NCBI GenBank assembly: GCA_963422645.2
Contig: CAXXVO010000009.1
Span: 320,001-384,000 of the forward strand
DNA: 64,000 nucleotides
DNA from: Alphaproteobacteria bacterium
GTDB lineage: Bacteria > Pseudomonadota > Alphaproteobacteria > UBA828
Reading direction: 5' to 3'
Below are positions 33,670 through 43,260 of this stretch, one piece after another. A program made the position numbers and the translations under genes. The notes beneath the pieces are model-generated. The model did no database searches. It was given only the letters and a program-made list of their open reading frames with translations, and was not told where the DNA came from. Every line of letters starts with the position of its first letter. Position 1 is the stretch's first letter.

Positions 33670-35205
33670 ATGACGAAACGAAGCGGTCGCCGCGGCGGCG
33701 GGCGCGCTGCACGGCGCGCGGAGCGGACCGGCGGCGGGATCGAGCAGCTCCGCTACATCACGCGCGACATCCCCTCGGTCGGGCTGCTGACCGAAGAGGG
33801 GCTGGCGCTGATCGAGGAGAACGCGGACACGATCCTGGAAGAGATCGGGATCGATTTTCGCGATGATCCCGAAGCGCTCGCGCTCTTCAAGGATGCCGGC
33901 GCCGACATCGACGGCGAACGGGTGCGCTTTCCGCGCGGGCTTGCGCGCCATCTGGTCTCGACCGCGCCACCCACCTTCACGCAGCTTGCACGCAATCCTG
34001 AGCGATCGGTCGAGATGGGCGGCCGCAACACGGTGTTCGCGCCAGTCTATGGCCCGCCCTTCATTTACGACATCGAGAAGGGGCGGCGCTACGCCCAGCT
34101 CGAGGATTTCCAGAACATCGTCAAGCTCGCCTACATGACGCCGGCGATGCACCACTCCGGCGGCACGGTCTGCGAGCCGGTCGACGTGCCGGTCAACAAG
34201 CGCCACCTCGACATGGTCTACGCGCACATGCGCTTTTCCGACAAGCCCTTCATGGGCTCGGTCACGCACCCCGAGCGCGCGGCGGATTCGGTGGAGTTGG
34301 CGAAAATTCTCTTCGGCGCAGACGTGGTCGATTCCCAGGCCGTCATGGTCAGCCTGATCAACGCCAACTCGCCGATGACCTTCGACGCGACCATGCTGGG
34401 TGCGCTCAAGGTCTACGCCCGCGCCAACCAGGGCCTCCTGATCACCCCCTTCATCCTCGCGGGCGCGATGGCGCCGGTCTCGGTTGCGGGCACGATGGCG
34501 CAGACCCTGGCGGAGGCCATGGCCGGCATCGCTCTCGGCCAGCTTTGCCGGCCGGGGTCGCCGGTGATCTTCGGCAGTTTCCTGAGCTCGATGTCGATGC
34601 AGAGCGGCGCGCCGACCTTCGGCACGCCGGAGGCGACGCTCGCGATCTTCGGCCTGGCGGCATTGGCCCGGCGCCTCGGCGTCCCCTTCCGCAGCGGCGG
34701 GGCGTTGACCGCGTCGAAGCTGCCCGACGCGCAGGCCGCCTACGAGAGCGCGAACACGATGCTGCCGACGGTGCTTGCCGGCGTCAACTTCGTGCTGCAC
34801 GGCGCGGGCTGGCTCGAAGGCGGGCTCGCGAGCGGCTACGAGAAGTTCATCATGGATGCCGACCAGCTCGGCATGATGCAGGTGCTGGCAAAGGGCTACG
34901 ACCTCTCGGCCAACGGCCAGGCGATGGATGCGATCCGCGAGGTCGGGCCCGGCAGCCACTATCTCGGCTGCGCCCACACCCAGGCGAACTTCGAGACCGC
35001 CTTCTACCGCTCACCGGTTGCCGACAATTCGAGCTTCGAGCAATGGCAGTCGGACGGCTCCAAGGACACGGCGCAACGGGCGCACGATCTCTACAAGTCG
35101 ATGCTGGCCTCCTACGAAGCGCCGCCCATCGACCCCGGCGTGGACGAGGCGCTCAAGGAGTTCATCGCGAAGAAGAAGGCGTCCATGCCCGACGCCTTCG
35201 CTTGA
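33670..35205 (+). CDS. Trimethylamine methyltransferase family protein (MttB/MtgB, no pyrrolysine)
   Basis: PFILAGAMAPVS, SGAPTFGTPE, SKLPDAQAAYES, HGAGWLEGG; no in-frame amber codon. Confidence 0.9.
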   Translation: MTKRSGRRGGGRAARRAERTGGGIEQLRYITRDIPSVGLLTEEGLALIEENADTILEEIGIDFRDDPEALALFKDAGADIDGERVRFPRGLARHLVSTAPPTFTQLARNPERSVEMGGRNTVFAPVYGPPFIYDIEKGRRYAQLEDFQNIVKLAYMTPAMHHSGGTVCEPVDVPVNKRHLDMVYAHMRFSDKPFMGSVTHPERAADSVELAKILFGADVVDSQAVMVSLINANSPMTFDATMLGALKVYARANQGLLITPFILAGAMAPVSVAGTMAQTLAEAMAGIALGQLCRPGSPVIFGSFLSSMSMQSGAPTFGTPEATLAIFGLAALARRLGVPFRSGGALTASKLPDAQAAYESANTMLPTVLAGVNFVLHGAGWLEGGLASGYEKFIMDADQLGMMQVLAKGYDLSANGQAMDAIREVGPGSHYLGCAHTQANFETAFYRSPVADNSSFEQWQSDGSKDTAQRAHDLYKSMLASYEAPPIDPGVDEALKEFIAKKKASMPDAFA

Positions 35206-35207
35206 GT

Positions 35208-35437
35208 TAGAGCAGTGTCCGAACGGAAAGATTCGTACCCGATCGCTGCACCTTCGCTTATTCGCATGCCTTGCGATCCGGGCTTCCCCTCCTCACCCCA
35301 GCCCTCTCCTCCCCAGGGAGGAGAGGGAGAACGGGTGGCGCTGCCACGTTCCCCCTCCGCCCTCTGGGGGGAGGGGGACAGGGGGAGGTGGGCGCGTACG
35401 GCTCCGCCGTGATCCGGTAGGGCCGAGTAGTGCTCTA
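35208..35437. repeat. TAGAGC-ended MITE-like element
   Basis: TAGAGCA at 35208 and TGCTCTA at 35431-35437; fills the gap between convergent genes. Confidence 0.5.
35286..35396 (+). repeat. CCTCACCCC/CCCTCTCC palindromic repeat, copy 1
   Basis: Imperfect reverse complement of 58032-58145; nested hairpins. Confidence 0.8.
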
Positions 35438-37441
35438 GGACTGACGACGGCGGCGATTGCGGCGGCGGCCGGCCGGTGCCGATGCTGCCTCTGCAACGGG
35501 CAGAGTGACGTGCTGCGGCAGGTGGACGTAGGTCGCCGTGCCGTGGGGGATCGCCATGGCGTCGACGAAGTGGCGCTGAAACGCGGGCTCGACGGCGGTC
35601 TCCACCTTCTCGACCTCGCGCACCACGGTCTCTATCTCCTCGCGCGCCGCGCAGTCGAGCAGCGCGATCAGCGCGCCCGTGCCGGCGGCGTTGCCCGCGG
35701 CGGATACCTTCTCCAGCTGGCAGTCGGGGATCACGCCGAGCACCATGGCGTAGAGCGGGTCGATATGGCTGCCGAAGGCGCCGGTCAGCACGATCCGGTC
35801 GACCGTCGCGATCTCGAAGCGGTCCATGAGCAGCCGCGCGCCGGCCATCAGCGCCGCCTTGGCAAGCTGAATGGCGCGCACGTCGTTCTGATGGATGGAG
35901 ATCGCCGGCTCGCCCGGGTGGAGCAGATAGCGGAAGGTCCGCCCCTCCTCGACGATACGATCGGTCCGAGCGCGCGCCGCGCCGGCGATGGTGCCGTCGC
36001 CGAGCAGGATGCCGGCGAGGTACATCTCGGCCAGCGCCTCGATGATACCTGAGCCGCAGATGCCGGTGACGCCGGTGGCAGAGGTGGCCTCCTGGAACCC
36101 CTCCTCGTCGGACCAGAGCTCGCAGCCGATGACCCTGACCCTGGCCTCCAGCGTATCGCGGTCGATGCGCACGCGCTCGATGGCGCCGGGGGCCGCGCGC
36201 TGGCCGGCCGCGATCTGCGCACCCTCGAAGGCGGGGCCGGTGGGCGAGGACGCGGCCAGCAGCCGTTCGCTGTTGCCGAGCACGATCTCCGCATTGGTAC
36301 CGACATCGACGACCAGAACCGTCTCGTCTGCCCGGTGCGGGGCCTCGGAGAGCACCACGCCGGCCGCGTCGGCACCGACGTGGCCCGCGATGCAGGGCAG
36401 CACGTAGACACGCGCGCCCGGATTGACGTCGAGGTCGATGTCGCTTGCCGGCAGAGTGAGCCCGCCGGAGGCTGCGAGCGCGAAGGGCGCGCCGCCGAGC
36501 TCGGTCGGGTCGATGCCGAGCAGCAGGTGATGCATGATCGGGTTGCCGACGAAGGCCGCGTTGAGAATATCGCTGCGCGCAATACCCGCTTCGTCCGCCA
36601 CCTCGCCGATCAGCGCGTTCACCGCGCCGCGCACGGCCTCGGTCAGCTCGGCCTCGCCGCCCGGGTTCATCATGACGTAAGAGACCCGGCTCATCAGGTC
36701 CTCGCCGAAGCGGATCTGCGGGTTCATGCGCCCGGCAGAGGCCACGACGGTGGCGCTCGATATCTCGGCCAGATGGCAGGCGATGGTGGTGGAGCCGATG
36801 TCGAAGGCCGCGCCATAGGCCTGCTCGTGGAAGCCGGGCCAGAGGGCGACGATGCGTGTCGCCCGGTGGACCGCCACCGTCGCGGACCATTCGCCGTCGC
36901 GGAGCGCGCGCTGCAGGCCTTGCAGGACGTGCAGGTCGGACGTGAGGCCGCCGAGGCCCCACTGCTCGCCGAGCGCGTCCGTCAGGCGCTCGAAATCGCT
37001 GCGCGGGTTGTGCATGTCGGGCTCGGCGACCTCGACATAGTGCAGCCGGATTGCGGGATCGATGGTGTAGTCCCGCGCCTCGGCGCGCTTGCGCACGACC
37101 TGCTTGTGGACCTGGCTCTCGGGCGGGACGTCGATGACGACATCGCCCTCGATCAGTGCCGAGCAGCCGAGGCGCCGGCCGGCCGCGAGGCCGCGGCGGG
37201 CGGCGTAGCGGGCCTCCTTCTCGCCCGGTGGGCTCAGATGGCCGGGCGCGCTCTCGATCCCGAACTTGGCGAAGTGGCCGCTCCCGGCCTCCACCTGGCA
37301 GCGGCCGCAGAGGCCGCGGCCCCCGCACACGGAATCGAGGTCGACGCCGATGGAGCGCGCCGCGTCGAGGACCGAGGTGCCGTGTGCGAAGCGCCCGCGC
37401 TTACCGGAGGGCGTGAAAACGACGAAGGGGTGTTCGCTCAT
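35435..37441 (-). CDS. RACo/RamA-type ASKHA reductive activator of corrinoid proteins with 2Fe-2S domain
   Basis: CGGRGLCGRC..RLGC ferredoxin; DIGSTT, DVGTNAE, GPAFEG, GICGSG, GAFG. Confidence 0.9.
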   Translation of the reverse strand: MSEHPFVVFTPSGKRGRFAHGTSVLDAARSIGVDLDSVCGGRGLCGRCQVEAGSGHFAKFGIESAPGHLSPPGEKEARYAARRGLAAGRRLGCSALIEGDVVIDVPPESQVHKQVVRKRAEARDYTIDPAIRLHYVEVAEPDMHNPRSDFERLTDALGEQWGLGGLTSDLHVLQGLQRALRDGEWSATVAVHRATRIVALWPGFHEQAYGAAFDIGSTTIACHLAEISSATVVASAGRMNPQIRFGEDLMSRVSYVMMNPGGEAELTEAVRGAVNALIGEVADEAGIARSDILNAAFVGNPIMHHLLLGIDPTELGGAPFALAASGGLTLPASDIDLDVNPGARVYVLPCIAGHVGADAAGVVLSEAPHRADETVLVVDVGTNAEIVLGNSERLLAASSPTGPAFEGAQIAAGQRAAPGAIERVRIDRDTLEARVRVIGCELWSDEEGFQEATSATGVTGICGSGIIEALAEMYLAGILLGDGTIAGAARARTDRIVEEGRTFRYLLHPGEPAISIHQNDVRAIQLAKAALMAGARLLMDRFEIATVDRIVLTGAFGSHIDPLYAMVLGVIPDCQLEKVSAAGNAAGTGALIALLDCAAREEIETVVREVEKVETAVEPAFQRHFVDAMAIPHGTATYVHLPQHVTLPVAEAASAPAGRRRNRRRRQS

Positions 37442-37445
37442 GCGC

Positions 37446-38372
37446 TTACGCGCTGACGGCAGCGCCCTCCCGCCGGCGCCGGCGCCCTTCGCGCCGGCCG
37501 CGCCTGCCCTCGCTGCCGTTCGCGCCCGCCGGCTCGCGGAAGCGCCTGAGCCAGCGCGCGCAATCGGGATCGTTGCCGTTCATCATGTCGGCGGCCATGA
37601 CCGCGGCGACCTCCGCTTCGTGCAGCGGGTTCATGATGGCCGACGTGAGGCCCGAGCGCGCGGCCATGCTGAGGAAGGCCGCGTTCACGCTCGGCCGGTT
37701 GGGCAGGCCGAAGCCGATGTTCGACGCGCCGCAGGTGGAGTTGACCCCGAGCTCCTCCTTGAGCCGGCGCATGATGGCGAAGGCCTGCACGCCTGCCGTG
37801 TTGATGGCGCCGATCGGCATGACCAGGGGGTCCACCACCACGTCCTCCTTGGGGATGCCGTGGTCCATGGCGCGCTCGACGATCATCTTGGCGATCGCGA
37901 AGCGCTCGTCCGGGTCTTCGGAGATGCCGCTCTCGTCATTGGAGATGGCGACGACGGCGCAGCCGTATTTCTTCACCAGGGGCAGCACCGATTCCAGCCG
38001 CTCCTCCTCGCCGGTGACCGAGTTGAGCAGCGGCTTGCCCTGGTAAGCCTCCAGCCCCGCCTCCAGCGCGGCCACGATGGAGCTGTCGATGGAGAGCGGC
38101 ACGTCCACCAGCGACTGCACCAGCCGGATGCAATCGGCGAGGATCTTGGGCTCGTCGGCGAGCGGCACGCCCGCGTTGACATCGAGCATATGAGCGCCGG
38201 CCGCGACCTGGGCCAGCGCGTCCTTTTCCACCCGCGAATAGTCGCCCGCCGCCAGCTCCGCCATCAGCAGCTTGCGGCCGGTGGGATTGATCCGCTCGCC
38301 GATGATGCAGAAGGGCTGGTCGAACCCGATCACCACCTCCTTGGTGGCGGAACTGAGGATGGTGCGTGTCAT
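37446..38372 (-). CDS. Pterin-binding methyltetrahydrofolate:corrinoid methyltransferase (split MetH part)
   Basis: IIGERINPTGRK, LDVNAG, SIDSS, GASNIGFGLP. Confidence 0.9.
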   Translation of the reverse strand: MTRTILSSATKEVVIGFDQPFCIIGERINPTGRKLLMAELAAGDYSRVEKDALAQVAAGAHMLDVNAGVPLADEPKILADCIRLVQSLVDVPLSIDSSIVAALEAGLEAYQGKPLLNSVTGEEERLESVLPLVKKYGCAVVAISNDESGISEDPDERFAIAKMIVERAMDHGIPKEDVVVDPLVMPIGAINTAGVQAFAIMRRLKEELGVNSTCGASNIGFGLPNRPSVNAAFLSMAARSGLTSAIMNPLHEAEVAAVMAADMMNGNDPDCARWLRRFREPAGANGSEGRRGRREGRRRRREGAAVSA

Positions 38373-39052
38373 GGCGCTCCTGCTTCCTCGCCGGCTGCCG
38401 CCGCCCTTTCCATGAAACCCGCGAGCTCGCCGTAGCCCACATGGCGATGGACATAGCCGAGCCCCAAGCGCTCCGCCGCCTCGCGGGCCTTGGCCTCCAG
38501 AGCGTCGTCGCGGACCTGGGAGATGTAGACGCAGTTCGTGTAGTTGCCGAAGTAGTCGTCGCGCAGCTCGGGCCAGCGGTCCAGCCCCAGGCCTTCGATG
38601 ATCAGCCGGTCGAAGTGGCGCACCATGTAATCGGTCAGGAAGAACTGGGTGGGATCGTCGTCGGTGATGGCGGCGAAGGCCTCCTGGCCGGTATAGAAGG
38701 CGTAGCAGTGCGGCCCCTCGATGCGCTCCACGCCTTCCTCCTCGATCACCTTGTCGAGCAGGCCGCCGGTGCCGCAATCGCCGTAGGCCACGAAGATTGC
38801 GCGATAGTCCGCCCTCTTCGCCCGGATCTTCGCGCGCACCGCCTCGGGGATCAGGTGCGGGCGGTTGTGCAGCTTGGCCGGCAGGCAGGTGATGTCGAGG
38901 TGATCGAAAGCGTTGGCCGCGCGGAAATCGACGATCTCGCGGGCGAGCGCGCCGCAGGCGATGACCAGCGCCCGGGCCGGGCCGGCGGACGCGAACGCGG
39001 CTTCGTCGTCGACCGAGAGGTCGGTGTGCTCAGGCGTCGCGGCTTCTACCAT
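38369..39052 (-). CDS. DUF1638 protein
   Basis: IACGALARE, CLPAKLHN.P, YGDCGTGG, GPHCY, YFGNY. Confidence 0.85.
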   Translation of the reverse strand: MVEAATPEHTDLSVDDEAAFASAGPARALVIACGALAREIVDFRAANAFDHLDITCLPAKLHNRPHLIPEAVRAKIRAKRADYRAIFVAYGDCGTGGLLDKVIEEEGVERIEGPHCYAFYTGQEAFAAITDDDPTQFFLTDYMVRHFDRLIIEGLGLDRWPELRDDYFGNYTNCVYISQVRDDALEAKAREAAERLGLGYVHRHVGYGELAGFMERAAAAGEEAGAP

Positions 39053-39064
39053 TGCGTGCTGCCC

Positions 39065-39772
<708 letters not shown>

Positions 39773-39922
39773 GACCACTGTCCTGATCCGGGCGTTGACG
39801 GCGCTGGGCTGTTGTTTATCGGCGCCGCACGCTTGCGTTGCAAACCCGCGTTGCAGGCCTGCGGCGCGGCACCTTAGCCCTGTTTCTCTTCAATCACATA
39901 GGGTGGGCAGTCTGTCCCAGAC

Positions 39923-39948
39923 GCGACGCCGGCTTGCTGGCCTGCGAC
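39923..39948 (-). promoter_or_regulatory. Candidate AraC/GlxA-type operator (GTCGC-N16-GTCGC)
   Basis: Direct repeat with 21-bp period upstream of the corrinoid operon, next to a GlxA-family gene. Confidence 0.4.
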
Positions 39949-39988
39949 AAAGCCCCAAGATCGCCCGTCCGTGCCGCCCTGGGATAGG

Positions 39989-41005
39989 TTACAGAGACGC
40001 CGGTTCCGGCAAGTCGGCATCGACCGCGCGAAAGGGAGGCGAGCCGCTGGTCAACCGCTTCGTGTCGCGCGGCGCGTGCCCGAAGTGCAGACGGAACGAC
40101 TTCGAGAAGTGCGATGCCGAGACGAACCCGGTGGCGAGCGCCACGTTGGTGACGGACATGCAGGTCTGCTGCAGCAAGGCGCGGGCGCGGTTGAGCCGCA
40201 TTTCAAGGTAGTAGCGGCTCGGCGTGCAGTTCAGGTATTTCAGGAAGAGCCGTTCGAGCTGACGGGTCGAGAGGCCGATTTCCCGCCCCAATTGGGTCTG
40301 GCTGAGCGGCGCCTCGATGTTCTCCGACATCACGTTGATGGTGGCGAGAAGCTTGGGCTGGCTCACCGCGAGACGCAGACGCAGCGCCATCCTCTGGTGG
40401 TCGTCCTCGCCCCTGATCCGCTCCAGCACCAGGGCCTCGGAGACCGCGGCGGCCAGCTCGTAGCCGTGATCGCGGTTGATGAAGCTGAGCATCATGTCGG
40501 ACGCCGCCATGCCGCCCGCGCAGGTGTAGCGGTTGCGGTCGATGACGAAGATGTCCTCGCTGACATCCACATTGGGGAAGTCCTCGATGAATCCCGGCAG
40601 GTTCTCCCAATGGATGGTGCAGCGATAGCCGTCGAGCAGCCCGAGGCGCGCCAGAATGTGGCTGCCCGTGCAGAGAGCGCCGATGTTCGTGCCGCGCCGC
40701 TCGATCTGCCGCAGCCAGACCCCGAGCCGTGCGTCCTCGAAGAGGTGGGTGTCGATGCCGCCGCAAACAAAGACCGTCGACAGGCGCTCGGCAGCGCCAC
40801 CGATCGACAGGTCCGCGGCGACGCTGAGCCCGGCCGACGACGCGACGGCTTCGCCGTCCGCAGAGACGGTGCGCCACTCATAGAGCGTCTGGCCGCTGAC
40901 GTAGTTGGCGAGCCGAAGCGACTCGATTGCACTCGAGAGCGCACCGAGCGAAAACTTCGGGACCATCAGGAAGCCGAATTGGCTTCCGGGATCGGTGGTC
41001 CTCAT
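39989..41005 (-). CDS. GlxA/GbdR-family AraC regulator
   Basis: DJ-1-like domain (LRLAN, CTG, CTIHWE) plus AraC HTH (RQLERLF, GFVSASHFSK). Confidence 0.9.
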   Translation of the reverse strand: MRTTDPGSQFGFLMVPKFSLGALSSAIESLRLANYVSGQTLYEWRTVSADGEAVASSAGLSVAADLSIGGAAERLSTVFVCGGIDTHLFEDARLGVWLRQIERRGTNIGALCTGSHILARLGLLDGYRCTIHWENLPGFIEDFPNVDVSEDIFVIDRNRYTCAGGMAASDMMLSFINRDHGYELAAAVSEALVLERIRGEDDHQRMALRLRLAVSQPKLLATINVMSENIEAPLSQTQLGREIGLSTRQLERLFLKYLNCTPSRYYLEMRLNRARALLQQTCMSVTNVALATGFVSASHFSKSFRLHFGHAPRDTKRLTSGSPPFRAVDADLPEPASL

Positions 41006-41245
41006 GGCATCGACGCCGGTCAGGCGCCTCCCCCCGCAACGCAATATTCAACTTACGACAACTCAGGACGGATGGGGCAATAGAATTCTTGCGCCAGTGC
41101 GCTGCCGGCCGGGTCGCTATTGCAGGCGCCCTCGCCCATAATCCGCGCCGCCATGGCCCCGCCTTCGTACCGCCCTCACCCGCCCGCCGCCGCGTGCGCG
41201 GACGGCCGCTACCGCATGATCGCATGACATCGTGACGGCGGCTTC

Positions 41246-42118
41246 GTGATGGAGAGCGCGGCCGCCTGGGGCGCGGGCTGCGCCCTCGCCTGGGGCCTCG
41301 CGGATATCTGCGCGCGCTTCTCCGGCCGCTCGGTGGGCGTGCTGGCGGCGACCTGCTCGATGATGGCGGTCGGCGGCGTGCTGATTGCGGCCATCATGGC
41401 GGCGACGGGCCAGCCCTTCGACTGGCGGCTCGACGGTATCCACTGGCTCGTCGGGATCGGCGCCGGCACCGTGATCGGCTCGCTCCTCTTCTATCACGCC
41501 GTGACCCACGGCCCGGTGTCGCTCGCCTCGCCGGTGGTGGCCTGCTATCCGGCGATCGCGGTGCCGATCTCGGTTGCCCTCGGCGCCCGACCCGACCCGC
41601 TCCATTGGGTCGCGATGATCGCCACCATGGCCGGGGTCTGGCTGGTGGCGCGGGCGACGGCGTCCGGGGACAGCACCGCACCGGAATATGCGCCTGCCGT
41701 GATGCGGCGGACCATCCTCTACTCCCTGGTCGCAGCGGCGGTCTATGCCGCCTCGCTCACGGCCGCCGACCGGGCCATCGACATCTACGGCCCCTGGCAG
41801 ACCGTGCTGGTGGTTCGCATTTTCGGCTTCGCGGGGGTCGCGGCGATCCTGCTTGCCCGCCGCCGGCGCGTGCTCTTGCCGACGCGGGCCTGGCCGGTTC
41901 TGGCCGCATTCGGGGTCCTCGACACCATGGGCCACCTGCTGCTCTATTTCGGCCTCGAACTCCCCAACGGCGAGTACGCGATCGTGGCGAGCGTGGGTTA
42001 CACGGTGGTGACGGTGTTGCTGGCGCGCCTGTTCCTGCACGAGCCGGTCTCGCGGCTGCAATGGGGCGGAGTCACCATGGTTGTCGGCGGCGTCGGGGTC
42101 CTCGCCGCGTTCGGGTAG
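41246..42118 (+). CDS. EamA/DMT transporter
   Basis: About 10 TM helices, two repeats, LFLHEPV. Confidence 0.8.
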   Translation: MMESAAAWGAGCALAWGLADICARFSGRSVGVLAATCSMMAVGGVLIAAIMAATGQPFDWRLDGIHWLVGIGAGTVIGSLLFYHAVTHGPVSLASPVVACYPAIAVPISVALGARPDPLHWVAMIATMAGVWLVARATASGDSTAPEYAPAVMRRTILYSLVAAAVYAASLTAADRAIDIYGPWQTVLVVRIFGFAGVAAILLARRRRVLLPTRAWPVLAAFGVLDTMGHLLLYFGLELPNGEYAIVASVGYTVVTVLLARLFLHEPVSRLQWGGVTMVVGGVGVLAAFG

Positions 42119-42123
42119 AGGGT

Positions 42124-42405
42124 TCAGGTCTCGGTGAGCGCGTCGCGCAGGAGGCCACAGAGCGGCGCGTTGACCGCCGCAGGCTCCTCGGCGAGCGCCA
42201 TGTGCCTGAGACCGGGCAGGATCGCGAGCCGGGCGCCGGGGATCAGCCCCGCCATGGCCCGCGCCATGGCGGGCGTGTTGCCGGGATCGTCCTCCCCGAT
42301 CATGACCAGTGTCGGGCACGCGATCCGCTCCAGGCCGTGGACTAATTCGGCATCGCCCTCGGCGAGCACCCGGTAGATCTGCGGATAGAGGGCGGGAGCA
42401 TCGAC
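42124..42405 (-). pseudogene. C-terminal remnant of an alpha/beta hydrolase
   Basis: IACPTLVMIGEDD...LPGLRHM..E.P carries the acid and His; the nucleophile half is missing. Confidence 0.65.
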
Positions 42406-42435
42406 CTCTCGTTGCTGGCATTCGACGCAAATAGG

Positions 42436-42493
42436 AATGAGTTGCATTTGCTACGTAAGCCACTATGATTATGCAACGCGATTGCATTCGCAT
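42436..42493 (+). promoter_or_regulatory. Promoter TTGCAT-N16-TATGAT with candidate Fur-family boxes
   Basis: AT-rich island; TTGCATTYGC occurs twice, at 42442 and 42482. Confidence 0.45.
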
Positions 42494-42541
42494 CGGTGAT
42501 CATCGCATCGAGCAAGGACCCAACCGAGGGTGGAGAGCGGC

Positions 42542-43137
42542 ATGGCCGACGGCGTCATTCATCAGGACATTCAATCAGTCACGCCGCGCCGCCCGGCCGC
42601 GTCGGGGATGACGATTCCCCGCCTCACCTTCGCCGAACAGCTTGTGCTCTGGTCCGCGCGCCGGCTGGCCGCCGCCGGCCATGGCGCCGCGGCCACCGAG
42701 ACCGATGCCTCGGCCTGCCGACGCGATGTCCGAGCGCGCGTCGGCGGCGAGCTCAGCGTTGCGCTCTGCCCGACCGGCGGCCCCGCAGCAGCAGTCGAAG
42801 CGGCGGAGGCGCTGGAGCGAGCGCTCGACATCTTTGGCTGGGCGTACGCAGCCTGCGGCTCAACCCCATATGCTGCCGTTTCGTCAGCAATGACGAACGG
42901 CTCTTCCTGTCGTTCCTCGCGAGCTGCCAGGAAGGCGACCACCGCCACGCGGCCGCCCTCCTCTCCTGGTTCCTCCCACCGGCGGGGGTGAGAAGCGCGG
43001 CAGCCGATGGCGCCGCGTTCGCGAGGGCGCTGCTCGACGCCGGGTTCCAGCTGCCGCAGCGGCTCATGCTGACCGAGAGCGCGGGCTTCCCCACGAGTGT
43101 ATCGGCGGAAGCGGCCGCGCCGCACACGCTGCACTAG
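42542..43137 (+). pseudogene. Conserved hypothetical protein split by a frameshift at about 42840
   Basis: Frame 1 LTFAEQLVLWSARR..ALERALDIF continues in frame 2 as VRSLRLNPICCRFVSNDERLFL..CQ.G. Confidence 0.6.
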
Positions 43138-43260
43138 GTCCCGGGCAAGCCAAGACGGGGGTGACAGGAGCGCTCACCCTATAACCCGCCGGCGCGCTTG
43201 CGAATCGCCCCGCTTCCGACCCACAATCGACCGGGGTTGGGCAGACTGCGAGCGTGTTCC

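Noticed and set aside
33670-35205. Pyrrolysine recoding in the MttB-family gene
   Set aside because: The ORF is full length with no internal TAG, and no pyl genes are present.
39835-39855. GCGTTGCA direct repeat
   Set aside because: Short, GC-rich and with no independent support.
39773-39988. Cobalamin or SAM riboswitch upstream of the corrinoid operon
   Set aside because: No B12-box or SAM consensus could be recognised by eye; an Rfam scan would settle it.
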